From: Macrostomum lignano
Lineage: Eukaryota
Direction of reading: 5' to 3'
NCBI GenBank assembly: GCA_002269645.1
Contig: NIVC01001483.1
Location: 216,863 to 280,862, forward strand
DNA: 64,000 nucleotides
Below the pieces are notes generated by a model. The model saw only the letters and a list, made by a program, of their open reading frames with translations. It was not told where the DNA came from and did no database searches. This document shows, piece by piece, positions 49,401 to 62,600 of the stretch (positions are counted from its first letter, which is position 1; every line of letters starts with the position of its first letter). A program made the position numbers and the translations under genes.

Positions 49401-50655
49401 TTATTGATTATTTAGTTCCATTATTAATTGATTGGTTCTATTGTTGATTGATTGGTTCCATTATTGAAGTATTGGTTTGATTGTTTTGCCTGCTTAAGAC
49501 GGTAATTATTTAATTAACTTTTTGCATTGATACCAGTATATTTATTAAATAGTAAGTTGGTTAATTTATGGCTTGATTTTTTACTAAAGGATTGAATACG
49601 ATAACATGATGTATTGATAAAAAATCGTACGTTCTGTTTATTTATTTTGGTTGTGTCTAACTTTGTATCTATAACTGTCTGATCAATTGTTTGATTTGCA
49701 TCAAACGAAATTGTTATTATTATTTTAAAATTCTAATTTATTTTTTTGTGAAAAGAGTTTTATTAATATTGGCTACTCCAATTCAAAGCAACTGGATTGC
49801 AGCGGAGACTTTTGTCAGACCAACAATCAGCAACGAATAACCATTTTGAGCAATTCATTTTTACTAGCGACTCATTTTTCGCATTCCTTCGTTTTTATAT
49901 ACGCAATCTGCAAACTTACTCTTGTCTCGATTTTTAATACTCTTATTAGCATATTCGAAAATTCACGGAGAAAGCATTTTCCTAATGAATAAGGCGGATC
50001 AAATTCAAGATAAAGAATTTTATAATTTTTAGATCGCGTCTGCCGGCACATGCATGTACTTCGAATATTGTACCAGTTTTATATTTGTTGTACGAATAGG
50101 ACTTTGCTTTGCATTAATTTTTTACTGTTTTAATCAGGTTGTAAAAGCTTAAAGGTTGTAACCGATCGATTTTTCATTCTATACTTTTTCCTCTACAGTC
50201 TATATACAGTCCTATATATCGAAATTATTTATATCGAAAAAAAAAATACCCTTAGAAATCTTACAAATGATAATTTTAACCCCAAGTTTTGTTATCAAAG
50301 CAAGAGAAGAGATGCTTGCAAATAGACTTGCTATTTTAATGCCGGAAATTAAAATACATTGTAATCATACTTTGACTGACAAATTATCCGCTTGATTTCT
50401 TTGTTTATTTTTATTGTTAAGAAATGAAATTTATATTGGGTGAGACTTTTAAATAGGAGAATAAAGATATTTTGTTATGATAGCACTGGCATGCGCTTAT
50501 AACGAGGAAAAATTATTAAAATTTAAGGATGTTAAAGAAATTTTTGTTTTAATTAACAACTACTCTAAAAAGCCTCCACCACAGCCAAGTGGATAATTAT
50601 AGTTTTCGTCAAATCGAAACAAAGCAGATTTCGATCTTCATTGAGATCAGCTGAA

Positions 50656-53600
50656 TCAAGCCTCAACACAATGACATTTATTAATGTGATACAAAGTGAC
50701 GTCCATTTTGGAGCCGTCCTTGCAGTAGACAGTCTTCTTGGTAGGCTTCGGCTTGTAGCTTTCGGGTTTGCAGCACTGGCACACGCCCATCACCTTGACC
50801 TCGCCCTACAACGATTTAAAAAAGGCACAGAGTGCAAATGAACTTATCAAAGTGAGTAAGTTGAAAGCCTACCAATTAAGCTAGAACATTTATGATCCCG
50901 TGCCATGTAACACTGGCTCACTCAGCATCGAATGTCCCGCCCCATGCACTTCCGATATCCGCTCACCTTGTCATTAACCGTCACTTGGTGGCTAGACGGG
51001 CAACCGCCGGTGCACCAGTCGACCCAAATTGGCCGCACCAGCTTGCAGGTCGGCTTTCCAGGTCTGCGCAACTCGCGCACAGGCTTTTTATCTCGATGGC
51101 AAACGCGCAGGTAGGCCCTGAAGCAGCACGCCTTGGCGGAGTCCAGCACCCGGCTGACCAAATCTCCTGAACTCGCCAGCAGTTGCTGATCAGCCTGGGT
51201 GCATGGAGGCACCTCGTCGGGCGTCAACGGTCGCGATGTCAGGCGGCCGTGCAGGCAGACGGTCTTGCTGCAGTTGCCGAGGTAGTCAATGCTGGTGAAT
51301 CCGTTCGGATAAGCCCTGCCGTCGGCGTCTCGACAGCCGAAACAGTCCTTCAGACTGATGCAGGCGCCCGTGGCCGAGTCGCGAACTGTGCCAGGCTTGC
51401 ACTGGCAGCTTGGACGGCAGTTCGAGTCAGGCTGCTCGGCGGTGTCGGGGTTGAGCAGCTGCTGACAGGTGGTTTCGCACCTGCCCGAATCCGAATAGAC
51501 GTCGTCCGGTCGGCAGCAGGCGCCCTCGTCGCCGAAACAGTCGGTGTACTTTTGAGCCGGGCCCGAGCACTCGGCACCACCGCCGCTGGCCGGCCGAGCA
51601 ATGGAGCTGAAGTTGAGTTTGAATTTGAGGCACCGTCTTAGTGATCGTTAGGTTAGTTTTATTCACAAATCTTTGACGTCGGTGAATGATGACTATTTTA
51701 GTGTTTCCCATTATTTATCCCGATGACATGTGTATTATACCAATGTGGTTCGAACCAATATTTTTGCAAGAATCATTACAGATAATGGAGTCAAAGGTGT
51801 TAATGATCTGTTTGTTCATAAAATACATGTGCATTTTCAGTGTTTCTGATCTACAATATTCATTTTTAAAAATTGTTTTGACTCTTTCAAACTGTATAAG
51901 TACGGTCCCTTTGTAAAGCCATACTATATTCACAGCTAAGCGCAACTCACCGCGACCACAGCTGTTTTCCAGTTCCGCAGGCGACATTGCAGCCGCCCAC
52001 CTTCTTCCAGGTGGACCATTCGCAGTCCACAGAGCAGCTCTTCTCCTCGCAGACGAACCGTCCGTTGGTGCAGGTGCAGGTGTTGCAGTCCTTCGCCACC
52101 GTGGAGCCCGGCGGCATCAGCCGGCTGGAGTCGTCGGGATGAGCGCAGCTGCAGCCGTCAACGCTGACGCAGGTGTCACCTTCGCGAACTCGGTCGCCTG
52201 AGCAGCCACAGCCCTGCGTGAAATTTGATTTTCAACGTTTAAAATAAACGCTTAAATACAGATGGTCTCTCGTCTAGAAATTTTAAAGCGAACTTTCGAT
52301 CAGAAACGGTGCTTAAGTGATTCTGACACACACGTATAAGTTTCTGATTCTTTTGAATCGTTGCAACCATCAACGGTAGCTTCTAGCGATCCCTAGGATA
52401 AAATGTCTAGACAAAAGTACATTTAATCTATATAACCAAATTCGGCAGACTGATCCGGCAAGTAACGGAATGGACAGGTTTTTCCGGGTTTTTACTTCTC
52501 TTTGGTGTCCGGTGAGACCACAGGAGCACCCATAAAGTAGCCTAGAGTCTGGCACCGGATCAAATCAAATGCATTGAATGAATCCCATTCGAAACGTCCC
52601 ATTCAGGTGAATACTTACTAAAAGCTCTAGTTAAAATTCTAAAGTGGAAATCCTATTTTCAGTATGTTCTAAAGGCTCAAAAGTCGATTTTTATGATATC
52701 CAAACGAGCGCTTGAGAACAAAAAGTTGAGGGTCAGTCTCCGGTCCTAGTTGGCTTGGTCGGTAGCCCGACTTTTGGTGCTTAAGTCCACTGTTCTGCTT
52801 TATTCTACCTTGGGCACTGAATGTACTGGCGTCGCTAATGTGTTTGGAATGACAGCAGATTTGCGAAATCATCGATGCTTCCATATCACCCATTTTGCCG
52901 CTTTAAATGAATCAGCTGCTCACCTGAACGCATCCCACATCCTGGCACTCCTTGTTTTGTCGGACATCCTCGCAGGTTCGCCAGCAGCGGGTGGCACACG
53001 GGATGACTGTCTCCGGGCCGCTGCACTTGGTCTCGTTGCAGGGCATCAGGGCTGGCTTGTACTCGCGGTCGCGGCACTCTTGGCCATCGTTGGCCGAGGG
53101 CCTCAGCACCGGCCGAGTTCGAACTTGTTCGCCAACTCCACAGCTAGGATTGTACACCGTGCCGACGCAGGGCTTGACAGTTTCGCTCCATTCCGACCAC
53201 TTGCCGACTAGGCAGTCAACGGGGCACTGCCGGGTGCAGCTGACGATGTCGTAGGTGCTGGGACAGGCACGGCCGCCGTTCGCTGGGTGCTGCGTGACGC
53301 TGCGCAGTCGGAGCCGCTGGCCGACGGCGGTCGGGTTCACGCCGTCGCACTGGGCAAAGCAGGTGCCATTAGTCCAGTCAGACACCTGCAGAGTCGGTTG
53401 TTTTATCAGAGCAGAAAAGTATTAGAGAAGGAAACGTGACATTGTGAATTCGGACAGCCAGTCAGTTTCTAAAGTATGCCGACATGTATCAGATAGACAT
53501 TACTGAGACAAGAAGAAACGCAGATTCAACTAGCAAGACCCTGGTTTCCCTCATGCTTGTGTTCCAATAGGCTTTCTTTAAAGATTTACTTTGAAAAATA

Positions 53601-56600
53601 CATAAAGGACACAAAATTTCCTAAACGTATTCTTGATTTAAACGTTCCGAAACTTGTACGCAGCAACAGCAACAGCAAACCCCGTCACCTAAACTCACGC
53701 TTTCACCAGGTACAGAGAAGTTACACAATGCCCTTCAGTGATTCTGCTGCCAAAAGAGCATATCAACCGGTCTGTGATCAGGATGCCATAACTAGTAAAG
53801 GCCCTTCTACATACATTTGTGGATCACAAGTGACAATTCTTAACTTCTGCACTGTCTTTCGTTGAGCATGCGGTATGATTTTCGGAAGCTGATCGGTACT
53901 TTAAAGAGTTTTTTATCCCACTATCTCGCAAATTATTTTATCTTTCCCAGCTGTACAAACCTGACAGTCAACTGGCAGTCGGCAGTCCTGCTGATTGCAC
54001 GGCTGCTGGTCCGTGTCGAGGCGGCCGCTCTCGTCAGGCGCACAGTTCCTCGTGTCGTTGACGCACAAGCGAACGCAGATGCGGCTGCGTCGTCGCGTTC
54101 CTGTGCCGCACGGCGCGCTGCAGCCGGAGAAGTCCGACCATTCCGACCAGCTGGGAGGCGGGATCTCCGAGCTCATCTGACCGGGCAGGCACACTCGCTG
54201 GTGGGTGTAGAAGCTGCAGTAGCAAACGCCGCAGCCAGTGTCCGACGGCATGGTCTCTCCGGGCGACACCAGGTTGCCGAATCTGTCTACGCAGCCCGGA
54301 CAGCGCTGCGCGTTGCACGGCTCCGAGTCGACAGCGGAACCAACGCAGGCCCTGCCCGAACCGCGGCGTTGCGTCGCAATCGATCTGGTGCGCGTCCGGC
54401 TACCGCCATCACAGGGCCGGCTGCAGGGACCCCAGTCCGACCAGGGGCCCCAGCTGCAGTCGCAGTTCGCGGTGGGCGCACACGTTGCAATACCATTCAG
54501 GCAGCGGGCCTGAGAGCAGGGGCCGCAGCGCATTGCCGTGAGGTCGCACGTGCATTGATCAGGCTTGACGCACACGCCGGTTGATTCATCGAAGACCAAT
54601 CCGGAGTCGCAGAAGCAACCCGTGCTGCAGGTAGTCACATCTGTGCAGGTCTCATTTGTCACGTGGCCGCACGTGTAAGGACACGAAGTGCTGCTGCATT
54701 GTCGGACAATCTTGCCACCCGAGCAAGCTGCCGAGGTCGTGGTGGAACCGCACGGATGCACATTGCATAGGGCGCTCGAAGTGCTGGCGTCGTCCTTCAG
54801 GCAAGCTCCAGAAGATTTGCGGGAACGCGTTTTGATGCCTCCATTACAGGACTGGGAGCACTCGGACCACGCAGACCACTGACTCCAAATGCAAGGACAG
54901 TCATGAGTGTTGCAAAGTTCTGAATCCTGAAAAAGGTGAATAAAGTATAATGCAAACACAATACGCTCTTATTAGGAAACTAAAACACTTTAAACAAAGT
55001 AACAAAACCACAGCTTTACCGTAAACTCATTTGCACTGCAAGAAGCACCTCCAGGTTTTGCAGGAGACGCTACAGTGCGATTCCGAAAACGTAGTCCAGA
55101 TCCACAGCTGGCTGAACAAGCACTCCATGGCTGCCATTGACTCCATTGACAGTTCTGACTGCAGTTCGATATAACACAACGAAGTGCGCCATTATCGCAA
55201 TTGCAGTGACCACAAGAAAAAAGCACGCTAACACCAGACTCTAAAATATCACCGTCGCTGACTTTCTCAGAAGGCGAAGTCAATCCCTCCGATCCATCCA
55301 GCTCAACCCAAACGTCAGAAGGATGCACACCGGTCTGTTGCAAACTTCACCAGCTGAGAACTGACACTCGCAGTCGCCACGAGATAGACACGGAGGAGGC
55401 GTAGCTACAAAACGAAAAAAATAAAGTAAAAACAATCAAAAAACCCTCAAACCACACTATGAAAAATTGCGAACACATACTTGGCTCAACAATTATGCAG
55501 GTTGCAGTAGCCGTCGCCACAACGCTTGGCGTAGTCGTTGCCGAAGTTGTTGACACTGTCGTACTACTAGAATTGGGAGTAGTAGTGGTGTCGCTGTTGT
55601 TGTTGTTGTGCTGGGCGTTGTTGTTGTCGGCGTAGTTGTAGTTGTGCTCGGTGTCGTGGTAGTTGATGTTGTTGTTGTGCTCGTTGTGCTTCTCGGTGTT
55701 GTTGTCAGCTTTGTGAAGCAGCCTAGCATGCTGACTTGAATCGGGATCCTGTTACCGCCCTCGTTTTTGAAATTAAAAACCAGAGCGATTCGATAAGCTT
55801 CCAAGCCCAATCCACCAACAGAGGCGCACGAGATGAAGTCGAACATGCAGGTGGCTACTTCAGCGGCACCGACAGCCAGTTTGACTGAAGTGAATGGAGA
55901 CACCGCGTCTGTTGCATACTTTAGCTCCATTGACGTAATGAATCCTGGACTTGTCGTTGAAATCGATATTAGTCCGATGATCGAGTTACTAAGATCGTCT
56001 CCGCTGACGTTGAAATCGAACTGAATGCTATCCGTTGCTGTCGACGGTGTTGCCACACGGTTTATATTCAGTCCTGTGCTAGTCGGACGCAGCAGGTCGT
56101 ACTCGGACGTCGGAATCAGTCCAACGCCCTGAGTGGAGGCGCTCACCGTGATGTCGCTCACACTTATTATGCTGCTGTCGGCCATGAGATTTGTGTCAAG
56201 ACAACGAGTGAAGCTTGTAGTCGACTTGCTCTTCACGCCTTCTGTAGTGGTAGACGTGCTAGATGTCGTCGTTGTCGTTGTCGGCGTAGTCGTGGTCGAC
56301 GTCGCGTCGTCGGAGTTGTTGTAGTAGTAGGCGTTGTCGTAGTAGTGGTAGGCGTTGTCGTAGTAGTGGTAGGCGTTGTCGTAGTAGTCGTCGGCGTTGT
56401 CGTAGTAGTGGTAGGCGTTGTCGTAGTAGTCGTCGGCGTTGTTGTTGTTGTGGTAGGCGTTGTCGTAGTAGTCGTAGGCGTTGTTGTTGTTGTGGTGGTG
56501 GTTTGTGTCGTCTTTTGTGGGAAGCAGCCATATATTCCGATCTGTATGTCAACAGAATTCCGATCGGTCACTGAATTGTAGAAAATCTCAAATCGCATCA

Positions 56601-59600
56601 CCGTCGAGTTGATGGTCGAAGGCGTCGGCGGGATGCAGGCAAGCAGATTTGACTTGCACGCGGTGAGGTTCGCGCCAGAGAAGAAGTAAGTGTCCCAGGT
56701 GACTTGCGTGTACGTCTGCTTATTGTACAACCGCACAGCCTGAATGTCAGGAGTGTTGAAAGCGAGCTGGATCCGACCGACAATGGTGGCTTCTGGACTG
56801 CCTGCAGACGTTTCAATTTCAATCAGGATGTTCTCGTTCGGATTGGCAAACGACGAAGGCGTCGGTCTGTTTAGGTTGAATGGAACAGGCGAAGACAGAC
56901 GCAAGTAGTTCAACTCAGAGGTGGCGTAACCGCCAAGCTGGGTTCCGTTGAGGATGCGCATTGCTGATAACGGAATCACGGTCTCGTCAGCCAGACCATC
57001 AAAATCAATGCAAATTCCAGGTTGAGTAGTTGTTGCCGTCGTCGTTGTCGTTGTCGTTGTCCTAGGAGTAGTAGTGGTGCTCGCTGTTGTTGTTGTTGTG
57101 CTGGGCGTTGTTGTTGTCGGCGTAGTTGTAGTTGTGCTCGGTGTCGTGGTAGTTGATGTTGTTGTTGTGCTCGTTGTGCTTCTCGGTGTTGTTGTCAGCT
57201 TTGTGAAGCAGCCTAGCATGCTGACTTGAATCGGGATCCTGTTACCGCCCTCGTTTTTGAAATTAAAAACCAGAGCGATTCGATAAGCTTCCAAGCCCAA
57301 TCCACCAACAGAGGCGCACGAGATGAAGTCGAACATGCAGGTGGCTACTTCAGCGCACCGACAGCCAGTTTGACTGAAGTGAATGGAGACACCGCGTCTG
57401 TTGCATACTTTAGCTCCATTGACGTAATGAATCCTGGACTTGTCGTTGAAATCGATATTAGTCCGATGATCGAGTTACTAAGATCGTCTCCGCTGACGTT
57501 GAAATCGAACTGAATGCTATCCGTTGCTGTCGACGGTGTTGCCACACGGTTTATATTCAGTCCTGTGCTAGTCGGACGCAGCAGGTCGTACTCGACGTCG
57601 GAATCAGTCCAACGCCCTGAGTGGAGGCGCTCACCGTGATGTCGCTCACACTTATTATGCTGCTGTCGGCCATGAGATTTGTGTCAAGACAACGAGTGAA
57701 GCTTGTAGTCGACTTGCTCTTCACGCCTTCTGTAGTGGTAGACGTGCTAGATGTCGTCGTTGTCGTTGTCGGCGTAGTCGTGGTCGACGTCGACGTCGTC
57801 GGAGTTGTTGTAGTAGTAGGCGTTGTCGTAGTAGTGGTAGGCGTTGTCGTAGTAGTCGTCGGCGTTGTCGTAGTAGTCGTCGGCGTTGTCGTAGTAGTCG
57901 TTGTCGTTTCGTAGGCGTTGTTGTTGTTGTAGGCGTTGTCGTAGTAGTCGTAGGCGTTGTTGTTGTTGTGGTGGTGGTTTGTGTCGTCTTTTGTGGGAAG
58001 CAGCCATATATTCCGATCTGTATGTCAACAGAATTCCGATCGGTCACTGAATTGTAGAAAATCTCAAATCGCATCACCGTCGAGTTGATGGTCGAAGGCG
58101 TCGGCGGGATGCAGGCAAGCAGATTTGACTTGCACGCGGTGAGGTTCGCGCCAGAGAAGAAGTAAGTGTCCCAGGTGACTTGCGTGTACGTCTGCTTATT
58201 GTACAACCGCACAGCCTGAATGTCAGGAGTGTTGAAAGCGAGCTGGATCCGACCGACAATGGTGGCTTCTGGACTGCCTGCAGACGTTTCAATTTCAATC
58301 AGGATGTTCTCGTTCGGATTGGCAAACGACGAAGGCGTCGGTCTGTTTAGGTTGAATGGAACAGGCGAAGACAGACGCAAGTAGTTCAACTCAGAGGTGG
58401 CGTAACCGCCAAGCTGGGTTCCGTTGAGGATGCGCATTGCTGATAACGGAATCACGGTCTCGTCAGCCAGACCATCAAAATCAATGCAAATTCCAGGTTG
58501 AGTAGTTGTTGCCGTCGTCGTTGTCGTTGTCGTTGTCCTAGGAGTAGTAGTGGTGCTCGCTGTTGTTGTTGTTGTGCTGGGCGTTGTTGTTGTCGGCGTA
58601 GTTGTAGTTGTGCTCGGTGTCGTGGTAGTTGATGTTGTTGTTGTGCTCGTTGTGCTTCTCGGTGTTGTTGTCAGCTTTGTGAAGCAGCCTAGCATGCTGA
58701 CTTGAATCGGGATCCTGTTACCGCCCTCGTTTTTGAAATTAAAAACCAGAGCGATTCGATAAGCTTCCAAGCCCAATCCACCAACAGAGGCGCACGAGAT
58801 GAAGTCGAACATGCAGGTGGCTACTTCAGCGGCACCGACAGCCAGTTTGACTGAAGTGAATGGAGACACCGCGTCTGTTGCATACTTTAGCTCCATTGAC
58901 GTAATGAATCCTGGACTTGTCGTTGAAATCGATATTAGTCCGATGATCGAGTTACTAAGATCGTCTCCGCTGACGTTGAAATCGAACTGAATGCTATCCG
59001 TTGCTGTCGACGGTGTTGCCACACGGTTTATATTCAGTCCTGTGCTAGTCGGACGCAGCAGGTCGTACTCGACGTCGGAATCAGTCCAACGCCCTGAGTG
59101 GAGGCGCTCACCGTGATGTCGCTCACACTTATTATGCTGCTGTCGGCCATGAGATTTGTGTCAAGACAACGAGTGAAGCTTGTAGTCGACTTGCTCTTCA
59201 CGCCTTCTGTAGTGGTAGACGTGCTAGATGTCGTCGTTGTCGTTGTCGGCGTAGTCGTGGTCGACGTCGACGTCGTCGGAGTTGTTGTAGTAGTAGGCGT
59301 TGTCGTAGTAGTGGTAGGCGTTGTCGTAGTAGTCGTCGGCGTTGTCGTAGTAGTCGTCGGCGTTGTCGTAGTAGTCGTCGGCGTTGTTGTTGTTGTGGTA
59401 GGCGTTGTCGTAGTAGTCGTAGGCGTTGTTGTTGTTGTGGTGGTGGTTTGTGTCGTCTTTTGTGGGAAGCAGCCATATATTCCGATCTGTATGTCAACAG
59501 AATTCCGATCGGTCACTGAATTGTAGAAAATCTCAAATCGCATCACCGTCGAGTTGATGGTCGAAGGCGTCGGCGGGATGCAGGCAAGCAGATTTGACTT

Positions 59601-62600
59601 GCACGCGGTGAGGTTCGCGCCAGAGAAGAAGTAAGTGTCCCAGGTGACTTGCGTGTACGTCTGCTTATTGTACAACCGCACAGCCTGAATGTCAGGAGTG
59701 TTGAAAGCGAGCTGGATCCGACCGACAATGGTGGCTTCTGGACTGCCTGCAGACGTTTCAATTTCAATCAGGATGTTCTCGTTCGGATTGGCAAACGACG
59801 AAGGCGTCGGTCTGTTTAGGTTGAATGGAACAGGCGAAGACAGACGCAAGTAGTTCAACTCAGAGGTGGCGTAACCGCCAAGCTGGGTTCCGTTGAGGAT
59901 GCGCATTGCTGATAACGGAATCACGGTCTCGTCAGCCAGACCATCAAAATCAATGCAAATTCCAGGTTGAGTAGTTGTTGCCGTCGTCGTTGTCGTTGTC
60001 GTTGTCCTAGGAGTAGTAGTGGTGCTCGCTGTTGTTGTTGTTGTGCTGGGCGTTGTTGTTGTCGGCGTAGTTGTAGTTGTGCTCGGTGTCGTGGTAGTTG
60101 ATGTTGTTGTTGTGCTCGTTGTGCTTCTCGGTGTTGTTGTCAGCTTTGTGAAGCAGCCTAGCATGCTGACTTGAATCGGGATCCTGTTACCGCCCTCGTT
60201 TTTGAAATTAAAAACCAGAGCGATTCGATAAGCTTCCAAGCCCAATCCACCAACAGAGGCGCACGAGATGAAGTCGAACATGCAGGTGGCTACTTCAGCG
60301 CACCGACAGCCAGTTTGACTGAAGTGAATGGAGACACCGCGTCTGTTGCATACTTTAGCTCCATTGACGTAATGAATCCTGGACTTGTCGTTGAAATCGA
60401 TATTAGTCCGATGATCGAGTTACTAAGATCGTCTCCGCTGACGTTGAAATCGAACTGAATGCTATCCGTTGCTGTCGACGGTGTTGCCACACGGTTTATA
60501 TTCAGTCCTGTGCTAGTCGGACGCAGCAGGTCGTACTCGACGTCGGAATCAGTCCAACGCCCTGAGTGGAGGCGCTCACCGTGATGTCGCTCACACTTAT
60601 TATGCTGCTGTCGGCCATGAGATTTGTGTCAAGACAACGAGTGAAGCTTGTAGTCGACTTGCTCTTCACGCCTTCTGTAGTGGTAGACGTGCTAGATGTC
60701 GTCGTTGTCGTTGTCGGCGTAGTCGTGGTCGACGTCGACGTCGTCGGAGTTGTTGTAGTAGTAGGCGTTGTCGTAGTAGTGGTAGGCGTTGTCGTAGTAG
60801 TCGTCGGCGTTGTCGTAGTAGTCGTCGGCGTTGTCGTAGTAGTGTCGGCGTTGTCGTAGTAGTCGTAGGCGTTGTTGTTGTTGTGGTAGGCGTTGTCGTA
60901 GTAGTCGTAGGCGTTGTTGTTGTTGTGGTGGTGGTTTGTGTCGTCTTTTGTGGGAAGCAGCCATATATTCCGATCTGTATGTCAACAGAATTCCGATCGG
61001 TCACTGAATTGTAGAAAATCTCAAATCGCATCACCGTCGAGTTGATGGTCGAAGGCGTCGGCGGGATGCAGGCAAGCAGATTTGACTTGCACGCGGTGAG
61101 GTTCGCGCCAGAGAAGAAGTAAGTGTCCCAGGTGACTTGCGTGTACGTCTGCTTATTGTACAACCGCACAGCCTGAATGTCAGGAGTGTTGAAAGCGAGC
61201 TGGATCCGACCGACAATGGTGGCTTCTGGACTGCCTGCAGACGTTTCAATTTCAATCAGGATGTTCTCGTTCGGATTGCAAACGACGAAGGCGTCGGTCT
61301 GTTTAGGTTGAATGGAACAGGCGAAGACAGACGCAAGTAGTTCAACTCAGAGGTGGCGTAACCGCCAAGCTGGGTTCCGTTGAGGATGCGCATTGCTGAT
61401 AACGGAATCACGGTCTCGTCAGCCAGACCATCAAAATCATGCAAATTCCAGGTTGAGTAGTTGTTGCCGTCGTCGTTGTCGTTGTCGTTGTCCTAGGAGT
61501 AGTAGTGGTGCTCGCTGTTGTTGTTGTTGTGCTGGGCGTTGTTGTTGTCGGCGTAGTTGTAGTTGTGCTCGGTGTCGTGGTAGTTGATGTTGTTGTTGTG
61601 CTCGTTGTGCTTCTCGGTGTTGTTGTCAGCTTTGTGAAGCAGCCTAGCATGCTGACTTGAATCGGGATCCTGTTACCGCCCTCGTTTTTGAAATTAAAAA
61701 CCAGAGCGATTCGATAAGCTTCCAAGCCCAATCCACCAACAGAGGCGCACGAGATGAAGTCGAACATGCAGGTGGCTACTTCAGCGCCACCGACAGCCAG
61801 TTTGACTGAAGTGAATGGAGACACCGCGTCTGTTGCATACTTTAGCTCCATTGACGTAATGAATCCTGGACTTGTCGTTGAAATCGATATTAGTCCGATG
61901 ATCGAGTTACTAAGATCGTCTCCGCTGACGTTGAAATCGAACTGAATGCTATCCGTTGCTGTCGACGGTGTTGCCACACGGTTTATATTCAGTCCTGTGC
62001 TAGTCGGACGCAGCAGGTCGTACTCAGACGTCGGAATCAGTCCAACGCCCTGAGTGGAGGCGCTCACCGTGATGTCGCTCACACTTATTATGCTGCTGTC
62101 GGCCATGAGATTTGTGTCAAGACAACGAGTGAAGCTTGTAGTCGACTTGCTCTTCACGCCTTCTGTAGTGGTAGACGTGCTAGATGTCGTCGTTGTCGTT
62201 GTCGGCGTAGTCGTGGTCGACGTCGACGTCGTCGGAGTTGTTGTAGTAGTAGGCGTTGTCGTAGTAGTGGTAGGCGTTGTCGTAGTAGTCGTCGGCGTTG
62301 TCGTAGTAGTCGTCGGCGTTGTCGTAGTAGTCGTCGGCGTTGTTGTTGTTGTGGTAGGCGTTGTCGTAGTAGTCGTAGGCGTTGTTGTTGTTGTGGTGGC
62401 GTTTGTGTCGTCTTTTGTGGGAAGCAGCCATATATTCCGATCTGTATGTCAACAGAATTCCGATCGGTCACTGAATTGTAGAAAATCTCAAATCGCATCA
62501 CCGTCGAGTTGATGGTCGAAGGCGTCGGCGGGATGCAGGCAAGCAGATTTGACTTGCACGCGGTGAGGTTCGCGCCAGAGAAGAAGTAAGTGTCCCAGGT